64,000 bases of DNA from Solirubrobacteraceae bacterium (GTDB lineage: Bacteria; Actinomycetota; Thermoleophilia; Solirubrobacterales; Solirubrobacteraceae), in contig DASVPR010000037.1 of assembly GCA_036389485.1 (NCBI GenBank), forward strand, positions 22,972 to 86,971, read 5' to 3'. Shown here in pieces: positions 9,102-17,226 of the stretch (positions within the stretch are counted from its first letter, which is position 1; the number at the start of each line of letters is the position of its first letter). The notes beneath the pieces are model-generated. The model did not search any database. It was not told the origin of the DNA and saw only the letters and a list, made by a program, of their open reading frames with translations. The position numbers were made by a program, and so were the translations under genes.

Positions 9102-10429
9102 CGCGGCCGGTCCGCGACGACCACCTGGAGCTTCCCGCCGGGCGAGCGCTCCAGCTCCGCGCGCCGCTCGACGGCGACGCGCGGCTCGCGCACGCCGAGC
9201 GCCGCGAGCCGCGCGCCGACCGTCGCGCGCAGCCGCTCCTCGAGGTCTCCGTTGGCGCCGTCGCGCGGGACGACGAGCAACCGCAGCGCGTCCCCCTGCT
9301 GGACGACCTGGAACTCGCGGACGTCGCGGTCGCGCGTGACGACCGCGAACTGCATCGGCTGGACGGCGACGTCCTCGCCGTCGCGGCCGGGGAGCGTGAG
9401 GACGTCGTCGGTCCGGCCCTCCATCGCCTTCGTCCGCACCGTCGTGCGGCCGCACGGGCACGGCTCGGGGTCGAGGACGACGCGGTCGCTGACCTCCATC
9501 CGGATGATCGGCTGGACGCGGTTGCGCAGGTTGGTGACGAGGATCCGGTCGCCGTCGACCTCGACGATCGCGTTGTCCTCGAAGAGGTGGAACCCGTGGT
9601 GGCGCTCGCACTCCATGCCCCACACGCCCTCGGTCGTCGCGTAGAGGTCGTAGGGGTGCACGCCGAACGCCTCGACGAGCCGCTCGGTCATCTCCGGCGT
9701 GCGCAGCTCGCTGCTCGTCCCCATCGCGCTCAGCTCGATGCGCAGGCGCCCGGCGAGCCGCTCCTCCGCCAGGCGCATCGCGATGGACGGGTAGCAGCCG
9801 AGGAACTCGGGCTGGAAGCGGTTGAGGGTCGCGACGATCTCGTCGAGCGGGTCGGTGACGGCGAGCGAGAGCGTGCGGTGCAGGCCGACGTCCGACCCGG
9901 CGGCGCAGCGGCGGCTCATGTGGGTCGGCGCGGCGCCGACGATGGCGGCGAAGCGGCGGCGCGGCAGCTTCGGCGTGAGGCCCATCGTCATGGTCACGCG
10001 CAGGAACTGCGCGAGGATCGCGCGCCAGCCGTCGCGGTCGTAGACGAAGAGGCCCTTGCGGCCCGACGAGCCGCTCGTCGTCATGACGCGGTGCTCGCCG
10101 AGGTAGAGGTCGTCGCCGTCGATGGCCTCGACGTGCGCGAGCAGGTCGTCGCGCCTGAGGCGGGGATCGGTGACGAGGTCGTCGTAGCCGTCCATCAGCT
10201 CGGCCTTCGTGAGGACGGGCAGGGCGGCGAGGTCGACGGGCTGGTTCGCGGCTACCCCGCCGAGCCGCTCGCGCCAGCCGGCCGAGTGCGCGACCGCGTG
10301 GCGGACCAGCGCGTCGAGCCGCTCCTGCTGGCGCGCGCGCAGCTCGTCGCGCGGCAGGCGCTCCTCCCTCAGGGCGTCACGCGCGGCTCGCGCGACGCCG
10401 GCGAACGTGCGCAGTCGTTCGGTCCGCAT
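9098..10429 (-). CDS. phenylacetate-CoA ligase-like (PaaK / F390-synthetase family) adenylate-forming enzyme
   Basis: It has a TSGSSGRKG phosphate-binding loop and a YATTEG motif, and its length matches the PaaK family. I chose the start at MRTERL (ATG at 10429), which gives a 53-nt overlap with the upstream tetR 3' end. Confidence 0.7.
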   Translation of the reverse strand: MRTERLRTFAGVARAARDALREERLPRDELRARQQERLDALVRHAVAHSAGWRERLGGVAANQPVDLAALPVLTKAELMDGYDDLVTDPRLRRDDLLAHVEAIDGDDLYLGEHRVMTTSGSSGRKGLFVYDRDGWRAILAQFLRVTMTMGLTPKLPRRRFAAIVGAAPTHMSRRCAAGSDVGLHRTLSLAVTDPLDEIVATLNRFQPEFLGCYPSIAMRLAEERLAGRLRIELSAMGTSSELRTPEMTERLVEAFGVHPYDLYATTEGVWGMECERHHGFHLFEDNAIVEVDGDRILVTNLRNRVQPIIRMEVSDRVVLDPEPCPCGRTTVRTKAMEGRTDDVLTLPGRDGEDVAVQPMQFAVVTRDRDVREFQVVQQGDALRLLVVPRDGANGDLEERLRATVGARLAALGVREPRVAVERRAELERSPGGKLQVVVADRPR

Positions 10430-11069
10430 CCCGTTTCTCTCCTCCCCCCGTGTGCATGTGCTCCAGCACGAGCCCGCCGAGCTCGCTTGCAAGTTCCGGG
10501 TCGACGAGGGCCGGCCGGGTCAGCCGCTCGAGCGAGAGCCCGATCATCATCGCCATCACCGCCGCCGTGAGCTTGTCGGGGGGAACGGGCGCGGTCGCGC
10601 CGCGCTCCTCGCCGAAGCGCTCGACCGCCGCGACGAACGGCTCCTGCGCGCGGCCGTGGATCGCGGCGAAGCGCGCGCGGTGCTCGGGGTGGCGGATGGC
10701 GTGGGCCCAGAACTCGAAGAAGACCGCGAGCCAGCCGTCGTCGGCGTCGCGACGGCGCATCGCGGCCTGGCTGAGGCGGTTCAGGCCCTCGAACGGCCCG
10801 GCGTCGGCGATCGCTTCGTGCGCCTCGTCCATCGCCCGCTGCGCGCGGCGCTCGTAGACGGCGAAGAAGAGGTCCTCCTTCGACGAGAAGTTGGAGTAGA
10901 CCGCGCCCTTCGTATAGCCGGCCTCCGCGGCGATCTGGTCGACCGACGTCGCGTGGAAGCCGTCGCGGGTGAAGCGGCGCTCGGCGGCGTCGACCAGGTC
11001 CTCGCGCGTGCGCTCGCGCTGCTCGGCCCGGGTGAGGCGCTTCCTCCGCTCCCCTTCGCGCTCTCGCAT
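10377..11069 (-). CDS. TetR/AcrR family transcriptional regulator
   Basis: It has an N-terminal HTH (FHATSVDQIAAEAGYTKGAVYSNFSSKEDLF). The start is taken at ATG 11069; an alternative ATG is at 11084. Confidence 0.8.
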   Translation of the reverse strand: MREREGERRKRLTRAEQRERTREDLVDAAERRFTRDGFHATSVDQIAAEAGYTKGAVYSNFSSKEDLFFAVYERRAQRAMDEAHEAIADAGPFEGLNRLSQAAMRRRDADDGWLAVFFEFWAHAIRHPEHRARFAAIHGRAQEPFVAAVERFGEERGATAPVPPDKLTAAVMAMMIGLSLERLTRPALVDPELASELGGLVLEHMHTGGGEKRDADRTTAHVRRRRASRA

Positions 11070-11084
11070 ACCGGTGGAATTCAT

Positions 11085-11097
11085 ATACCGTCGGTAT
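11085..11097. promoter_or_regulatory. candidate TetR operator: perfect palindrome ATACCG-T-CGGTAT, with a further ATACCGG half-site at 11068-11074
   Basis: An inverted repeat lies in the 58-bp AT-richer divergent spacer between tetR (minus strand) and the ThuA-domain gene (plus strand). Confidence 0.5.
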
Positions 11098-11127
11098 TCG
11101 GATGTCAACCGCCTACGCTCGGCGGCG

Positions 11128-12186
11128 ATGCGGCGCGCGCTCGTGCTCGCCTTCCTCGCGGCCCTCGCGGTCGCTCCGCCGGCTGCGGGCGAGGACGTCC
11201 TCGTGTTCACGCGGACCGAGGGCTACCGCCACGAGTCGATCCCCGACGGCGTCGCGATGATCCGCGCGCTCGGCGCCGAGCACGGCTTCGCGGTGACCGA
11301 CACGGACGACGCGTCCGTGTTCACCGCGGACGCGCTCGCGCCGTTCGAGGCCGTCGTCTTCCTCAGCACGAACCGCGAGGTCCTCGACGACGCTCAGCAG
11401 GAGGCACTGGCGGGGTTCGTGCGGGACGGCGGCGGCTGGGCGGGGATCCACGCGGCCGCCGACACCGAGTACGCGTGGCCGTTCTACGGCGAGGTGCTGC
11501 TCGGCGGGGCGTGGTTCTCGTCGCACCCGCCGATCCAGCCGGCGGCGGTCGAGGTCGAGGATGCCGCGCACCCCTCCACGCGAGGGCTGCCCGCGCGGTG
11601 GACGCGCAGCGACGAGTGGTACGCGTTCACGGCGAACCCGCGGGCGCGGGCGCGCGTGCTGCTGCGCGTCGACGAGTCGTCCTACGACGCGGGATCGAGC
11701 TCGATGGCGCCCGACCACCCGATCGCCTGGTGCCGCGACGTCGCGCGCGGGCGCTCGTGGTACACCGCGATGGGCCACACGCGCGAGTCGTACGGCGAGG
11801 CCGACTTCCGCGAGCACGTCCTCGGCGGGGTCCTGTACGCGGCCGGCCGGCTGCCCGCGGACTGCAGCCCGCGCGCCCGCGACGCGCCGCAGGTCGACGC
11901 GCCGCTGAGCATCGCCCGCCGCGAGCTGCGCCGCCGCGGCCTGCCGGTGACCGTGAAGTGCCCGCGCGCGTGCACCGCCCGGCTGCGGCTCGTCGCCGGC
12001 GCTGGCCCCTCCCCCACCCGCGGCCCCGCGCTCGCGAACGCACGCCGCGTGCGAGTCGCCGCCGGCGCGTCGCGAACCCTCAGGATCCGTGCAAGCCGCC
12101 GCCCGCCCGCGAAGGTGAGGCTCGTCGCCTCGGTGCGCGCCGCGGGCGAAGAGGAGACGGTCGTGCGCATCGTCGCCGTGGAGTGA
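11128..12186 (+). CDS. exported ThuA-domain (trehalose-utilisation-like, GATase1-fold) protein with a basic C-terminal tail
   Basis: It has a signal peptide (MRRALVLAFLAALAVAPPAAG) and ThuA-like motifs (VLVFTRTEGYRHESI, GGGWAGIHAA, HPIAW). It carries about 100 extra Arg-rich C-terminal residues. Confidence 0.7.
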   Translation: MRRALVLAFLAALAVAPPAAGEDVLVFTRTEGYRHESIPDGVAMIRALGAEHGFAVTDTDDASVFTADALAPFEAVVFLSTNREVLDDAQQEALAGFVRDGGGWAGIHAAADTEYAWPFYGEVLLGGAWFSSHPPIQPAAVEVEDAAHPSTRGLPARWTRSDEWYAFTANPRARARVLLRVDESSYDAGSSSMAPDHPIAWCRDVARGRSWYTAMGHTRESYGEADFREHVLGGVLYAAGRLPADCSPRARDAPQVDAPLSIARRELRRRGLPVTVKCPRACTARLRLVAGAGPSPTRGPALANARRVRVAAGASRTLRIRASRRPPAKVRLVASVRAAGEEETVVRIVAVE

Positions 12187-12191
12187 GGCCC

Positions 12192-13217
12192 TCAGCCCAC
12201 GAGCGCGCGGCGCAGCATCCCTCGGAGTGCCCTCCGGCTGCGGATCGCGCGGCGGTCGTAGACCGCGACCCACCGGACGCGGCCGGCGCGCGTGCCGAAC
12301 ACGAGCGGGCGGCGCTTCGCGTGCCAGACGCGGGTCGCGGCGACGCTGCCCGCCTTGCGCAACCGGCGGATCGGCTTCGCGGGCGTTCCCGGCCCGTACC
12401 GGAAGCGCCCGGCGCGGGCGACGATCATCACGGTCGGCTCGGCGTCGTCGCCGCCGAGATCGCCGCTGCGGTCGCTCCTCTGCCCGACGAGGTACGCGCC
12501 GTTCTCGCAGTAGCGCAGGAACCCGCGGCGCACCTCGAACGGCCGGCCGAGCTTCGCGCGGACCGTGCCCTCCGGGTCGCCGAGCTTCACCGGGCCGAGC
12601 GCGCGTGACGTGACGTCCGGTGCCAGGCACGCGTCGCTCGTCGTCTGCAACTCGGCGGTCCGGCCGTCCTGCTCGGCGTAGACGGGCTGGGTCTTCGCCT
12701 TCTCGACACAGCGCGGCTCGACCTCGCCCTCGTCCTCGAACCACGTCCCGCCCGTGCCCGGGCCCATGCTCTGTGCGTACTCGGGCGGCATCCCCGGCGC
12801 GGCGCTCGGGTCCTGCGTCCGTCCGTTGACCTTGAAGTTCTCGACGTAGGCGCCGCCCTCGCCCTTCGCGCGATCGTAGGCGTACTTCCCGTCCCACTCG
12901 TAGATCGCCGTCGTGCCGTCGTCCTGCACCACCGCGCTGCGCCAGTGGTCCACCTGGTAGTAGAAGCACTTGTCGGCGGCGACGCCCACGCGCGCGGGCT
13001 CCTTCGAGAAGAACTCGACGATCCCGAGCTGGGTGACGTTCTGCCGGCGCTTGTCGAACTCGACGCAGTACGGGTCCGCCTCCGGGTTCGGGCCCTCGGC
13101 CTCGAAGCCCGCCTGCTGCAGCTCGCACTTGAACGGGTTGGTGCCGTCCCACGGGCGAGGCTCGCCGAACGCGGTCGCGACGAGGACGAGCGTGAAGGCG
13201 AGCGCGAGCCGCTTCAT
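12192..13217 (-). CDS. secreted protein, unknown function
   Basis: It has a signal peptide (MKRLALAFTLVLVATAFG). Its ATG overlaps the upstream GMC stop (ATGA at 13214-13217). Confidence 0.65.
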   Translation of the reverse strand: MKRLALAFTLVLVATAFGEPRPWDGTNPFKCELQQAGFEAEGPNPEADPYCVEFDKRRQNVTQLGIVEFFSKEPARVGVAADKCFYYQVDHWRSAVVQDDGTTAIYEWDGKYAYDRAKGEGGAYVENFKVNGRTQDPSAAPGMPPEYAQSMGPGTGGTWFEDEGEVEPRCVEKAKTQPVYAEQDGRTAELQTTSDACLAPDVTSRALGPVKLGDPEGTVRAKLGRPFEVRRGFLRYCENGAYLVGQRSDRSGDLGGDDAEPTVMIVARAGRFRYGPGTPAKPIRRLRKAGSVAATRVWHAKRRPLVFGTRAGRVRWVAVYDRRAIRSRRALRGMLRRALVG

Positions 13218-14881
13218 GCCGCCTTCCGAACGTGCTCGGTGAGGATCTCGTCGGGCGTGCGCGGTGCGAAGCCGGGCGGCCGCGTGGGCAGGCCGAGGTC
13301 GCCGCCGGCGGCCACGAGCTGCTCGGCGCACCGCTCGCTCACCGCCGCGATCGTCAGCGACGGGTTCACGCCGAGCGACGTCGGGATGATCGACGAGTCG
13401 ATGCAGAACAGGCCCTCGTAGCCGAAGACCGCGCCGCGGTGGTCGGTCACGCCGAGGCCGGGATCGCCCGCCATCCGGCACCCGCCGAGCGGGTGCGACG
13501 CGTACGCGCCCTGCGTCTCGGTGAGCTTCATGAACCGCGCGAGGCCGCGCCGCCGCGCGATCCGCGCCATCGCCCTGTCCGCCGCCTCCCGCACCCGCAC
13601 CGACTGCTCGCTGAGCTTGTACGTGAACGTCCCGATCGCGACGGGCCCGGCGTTGGGCCGCTCGGCACTGCCGGCGTGCGGCGCGGCGTAGAACGACCCG
13701 TCGTGCGTGTCCTCGACCATCGCCAGGAGCTCGATCCGGTTGGCCCAGCGGTTGATCGCCTCCTTCTTCTGCAGCCCCCACCAGCTCGGCTCGGCGGGCT
13801 CGCGCCCGTCGTCGTAGAGGAAGTTCGTCAGCGAGCTGAGGAAGATCTCCTGCAGTGTGAAGCGCGTCCCGTCCCACCGGTTGCCGCGGCGCCCGACCCA
13901 GAAGTCGTACGTCATCGTCGTGATCGGCTTGCCCTTGTAGAACTCGTCGAACGGCGGGAGCCTCAGGACCTCGCGCACGCGCCGCGGGTCGTACTCGAGC
14001 GCCGCGATGTGGTCGCCGTTGACGCCGACGTGCCGGCCCAGCTGCTCGCTCAGCGACGGCAGCTGCGGCCGCGAGCGCATGAGGATCGGCGAGTTGCCCA
14101 TCGCGCCCATGCTCAGGACGACGACCTTCGCCTCGTACTCGACGGAAGGCCCGGCGGGCTGCTTCGTCGCGGGGTCGAGCGGCGTCGCGCTGACGACGTA
14201 GCGGTACGGCCGCGCGCTCGACTGCCGGATCGACTGGACCTCGAGGTTCGGGACCACCCGCACGCCGGCGCGCTCCGCGCTCGCGAGGTAGTTCGTGTTC
14301 ACCGTGTTCTTCGCGCCGAAGACGCACCCGGTGTGGCACCACTTCACGTTCGCGCACCGCGACTCGGTGATCGCGAGCGGGACGCGGTCGCACGTGTGCC
14401 CGGCCGCCGCGAGCGTCTTCGCCCACAGCCCGCCGGACTTCGACACCTGCGCCCACGTCGGCCGCTGGACGCGCAGCGCCTTCTCCGCACGCTCGTAGTA
14501 CGGGTCCAGCGAGCGGCGCGAGATCTCGGCCGGCCACATGCGCCGCTCCGGCCCGTCGCCCGGGCGCCGGTCGCGGCGCTCGAACGTCTCGGTCGGCGAG
14601 CGGATCGACGCCGCGAGGTACAGGTTCGATCCTCCACCGACCGCGTTGCCGACCACGATCTGCGCACCGTCGCCCTGGATCAGCATGTAGACGTCGGACA
14701 GGTGGTCGATGTGCATCGACTGCTTGAAGTCGGTGTGGTTCGCGAACCGCCGGCCGCGCTCGAGGACGACGACGGCCTTGGGGTCCGCGCCCGCGGCCCG
14801 GTACAGCTCCGAGAGCCGGTAGGCGGTGATCGAGCCGCCGAAGCCGCTGCCCGCGATGAGGACGTCCACGCGCTCGGCCAT
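13214..14881 (-). CDS. GMC-family FAD oxidoreductase (cholesterol-oxidase-like)
   Basis: It has an N-terminal GxGxxG (DVLIAGSGFGGS) and a C-terminal GMC motif (HPLGGCRM...IPTSLGVNPSLTI). It has no signal peptide of its own. Confidence 0.8.
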   Translation of the reverse strand: MAERVDVLIAGSGFGGSITAYRLSELYRAAGADPKAVVVLERGRRFANHTDFKQSMHIDHLSDVYMLIQGDGAQIVVGNAVGGGSNLYLAASIRSPTETFERRDRRPGDGPERRMWPAEISRRSLDPYYERAEKALRVQRPTWAQVSKSGGLWAKTLAAAGHTCDRVPLAITESRCANVKWCHTGCVFGAKNTVNTNYLASAERAGVRVVPNLEVQSIRQSSARPYRYVVSATPLDPATKQPAGPSVEYEAKVVVLSMGAMGNSPILMRSRPQLPSLSEQLGRHVGVNGDHIAALEYDPRRVREVLRLPPFDEFYKGKPITTMTYDFWVGRRGNRWDGTRFTLQEIFLSSLTNFLYDDGREPAEPSWWGLQKKEAINRWANRIELLAMVEDTHDGSFYAAPHAGSAERPNAGPVAIGTFTYKLSEQSVRVREAADRAMARIARRRGLARFMKLTETQGAYASHPLGGCRMAGDPGLGVTDHRGAVFGYEGLFCIDSSIIPTSLGVNPSLTIAAVSERCAEQLVAAGGDLGLPTRPPGFAPRTPDEILTEHVRKAA

Positions 14882-15492
14882 CAGGGCAGGTATCCCGTCT
14901 TCGTGCGCTCGCGGCTGAGGCGGCGGCCGTAGGAGAAGTCCTTGTAGCCCTTGAGGTTGCGGCCGGGCAGGCCCATGACGCGGTAGCCCGCCGCGCGCTC
15001 CGCCGTCTGCTCCTCCGACAGCGCGGCGGCGCAGAACGCGGTGAACGGGACCGCGGCGGCGGCCTCCCACAGCAGGCGCGAGCTGTTGTCGAAGCTCAGG
15101 CCCTCGAGGCAGACGGCGGTGCGCCGGTTGAAGTCGAGGCTCAGGAAGTCGCCGCCCGCGCGGGACTGCAGGTCGGCGAGGAACGCGGGCTCCAGCGTGT
15201 CGAACCCGGTCTTCGGGTGGTGGTAGAGCAGCAGCGCGTCGGTCTCGACCGCGCCCGGCAGCGGGTGGACGCCCGCGATCGCGCCCTCCGCAATCGGCGC
15301 CCCGGATTCCGTTTTGTCGACCTTGCGGCCGGGCAGCATCGTGTCCGCGAACGCCTGCAGCGTTGCGTCCGGGTCGAGCGGCCCCGAGCCCTGCTGTCCG
15401 AGGGCGCGGGCAACAGGGAGGGCGGCGGCCACGATCCCGGCCAGCGACAATCCCCCAGTCCGCAGGAGCAGGTCCCGCCTGCGCAAGTCCAT
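14881..15492 (-). CDS. twin-arginine (TAT) signal small subunit, gluconate 2-dehydrogenase subunit-3-like
   Basis: It has the TAT motif MDLRRRDLLLRTGGLSLAG...ARA. It is about 200 aa long. Its stop overlaps the GMC gene start by 1 nt. Confidence 0.6.
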   Translation of the reverse strand: MDLRRRDLLLRTGGLSLAGIVAAALPVARALGQQGSGPLDPDATLQAFADTMLPGRKVDKTESGAPIAEGAIAGVHPLPGAVETDALLLYHHPKTGFDTLEPAFLADLQSRAGGDFLSLDFNRRTAVCLEGLSFDNSSRLLWEAAAAVPFTAFCAAALSEEQTAERAAGYRVMGLPGRNLKGYKDFSYGRRLSRERTKTGYLP

Positions 15493-15514
15493 GCCTGATG
15501 AACGGTAACGGTCA

Positions 15515-16162
15515 GTGAGTGCCCGCGGCGCGGTCTGCCTCGAGGGCTTCCACGCGCTGAAGCACGCCATCCGGTTCGGGGCGAAGCTGCTCGAGGTGCG
15601 GACCGACGACACCTCGCGGCTGGCGGCCCTCGCGCGTGAGCTTGCGCCCGACGTGGCGGACGAGATCGTCGCCCGCGCGGAGAAGGGCCCCGGCCCGTTC
15701 CCGCCGACGGGGGTGATGTCGTGGGCGGAGCGGCCCGCGCCTCGGGAGCTCGGAGCGGGCCTGGTCGTCCTGCTCGACCACCCGCGGCGCCTCGGGAACG
15801 TCGGCGCGGCGATCCGGGTCGCCGCGGCGGCGGACGCGGCGGGCGTGGTCGTGACCGGCGACGCCGACCCGTGGCATCGCCAGGCCGTGCGCGGCGCGGC
15901 CGGGCTGCAGTTCGCGTTGCCGATCGCGGACGAGGCGCCGGCCGGCCGCCCGCTCGTCGCGCTCGACCCCGAGGGCGACCCGCTCGACGGGATCCCGCCC
16001 GACGCCGTGCTGGCCTTCGGGTCGGAGCGGCGCGGGCTCTCCCCGGAGGTCCTCGAACGCGCCGACGCCCGGGTCGCATTGCCGATGCGCCCGGGCGTCT
16101 CGTCGCTGAACCTCGCGACCGCGGTGGCCGCGACGCTGTACTCGGCTAGCGCTTCACGCTGA
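15515..16162 (+). CDS. SpoU/TrmH-family RNA 2'-O-methyltransferase
   Basis: It has SPOUT motifs (NVGAAIRVAAAA, FGSERRGLS, SLNLATAVAATLY). The start is GTG. Confidence 0.75.
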   Translation: MSARGAVCLEGFHALKHAIRFGAKLLEVRTDDTSRLAALARELAPDVADEIVARAEKGPGPFPPTGVMSWAERPAPRELGAGLVVLLDHPRRLGNVGAAIRVAAAADAAGVVVTGDADPWHRQAVRGAAGLQFALPIADEAPAGRPLVALDPEGDPLDGIPPDAVLAFGSERRGLSPEVLERADARVALPMRPGVSSLNLATAVAATLYSASASR

Positions 16163-17219
16163 ACCGCTGCGTCTGCTTCGGGCCGCCGGACGGGGTGATC
16201 GCGAGCGTCACCTTCACGGCGCCCGCGCGGCGGACCGCCTTGCGCGCCCGCTTCGGGATCGCGAGCGTGATGCGCTTCGTCGCGCCCGGCGCGATCGTGA
16301 AGCGCTTGCGGGCGAGCGGCTTCGCGTCCGCCGCGGCGCGGGCCTTGCCGCCGCCGAGCGTCGCGGTCGCGGTGCCCGTGCAGCCGGTGGCGCACGTGAC
16401 GGGGACCGACACGCTCGTCGCCGTCAGCTTCGCCGCGGTGGTGGCCGCCTCGACGAGCGGCTTCGCCGCGGGCCGCACGGGCTCGGGCTGCGCCGGCGGC
16501 GCGGGCTGATCCGGGACGAGCGGGACGAGGAGGTCGTCCTCGTTGTCCGGCACGTCCTCCCAGCCGGTCTTCCTGAAGACGACCCAGGCCTTCCAGCTCA
16601 GCTCGCAGAGCGTCGTCTCCTCGTCGAAGCCGGGGCAGTCGGGGCCCGTCACGACGTTGGAGATCGGGAACCTGACCTCCTGCTGGCCGACGAGGCCGGG
16701 CGTGAACGTCAGCTCGCCGTCCCAGAAGCCGGAGCCGAGCGGCGCACCGAACGACTCGAACCGCTTCTGGTACGGGCCGAGGCCCGCGCAGTCCATCTGG
16801 ACCTGGACCGCCTCGAGGACGCGCACCTTGTAGGTCGAGGAGGTGCCGTTGTACTGGGCGTCCAGCCGGCCGGACTGGAAGTCGACGATCTCCGAGCCGT
16901 CGCAATCGATGCGCGCGCCGTTCGGGTTGACCGTCGCGAGGTGACCGCGGACGCCGGTGGCGGAGCCCATCGAGACCGTCGAGTCGCCGCCGATGTGGTC
17001 GAGGAACGAGACCTTCGGGACCTCGGTCTTGAACGTGAACTCGTTGTCCTCGTGGTGGCTCTGCTCGCCGTCCTCCGTGTGGGTGATGCGGGCGACGTTG
17101 TAGTACGCCCGGCCCTCGATCGAGACGGCGTAGTCCGTGCGGACGGAGTCGGCGGCGGCGGGCGGGGCCCCCGCCGCGCAGGCGGCGAGGACGGTCAGGG
17201 CGATCAGCCTGCTCTTCAT
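16146..17219 (-). CDS. secreted protein, unknown function, with a basic C-terminal tail
   Basis: It has a signal peptide (MKSRLIALTVLAACAAGAPPAAA), a Pro-rich linker, and a 96-aa Lys/Arg-rich tail. Confidence 0.65.
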   Translation of the reverse strand: MKSRLIALTVLAACAAGAPPAAADSVRTDYAVSIEGRAYYNVARITHTEDGEQSHHEDNEFTFKTEVPKVSFLDHIGGDSTVSMGSATGVRGHLATVNPNGARIDCDGSEIVDFQSGRLDAQYNGTSSTYKVRVLEAVQVQMDCAGLGPYQKRFESFGAPLGSGFWDGELTFTPGLVGQQEVRFPISNVVTGPDCPGFDEETTLCELSWKAWVVFRKTGWEDVPDNEDDLLVPLVPDQPAPPAQPEPVRPAAKPLVEAATTAAKLTATSVSVPVTCATGCTGTATATLGGGKARAAADAKPLARKRFTIAPGATKRITLAIPKRARKAVRRAGAVKVTLAITPSGGPKQTQRFSVKR

Positions 17220-17226
17220 GGCTCTC

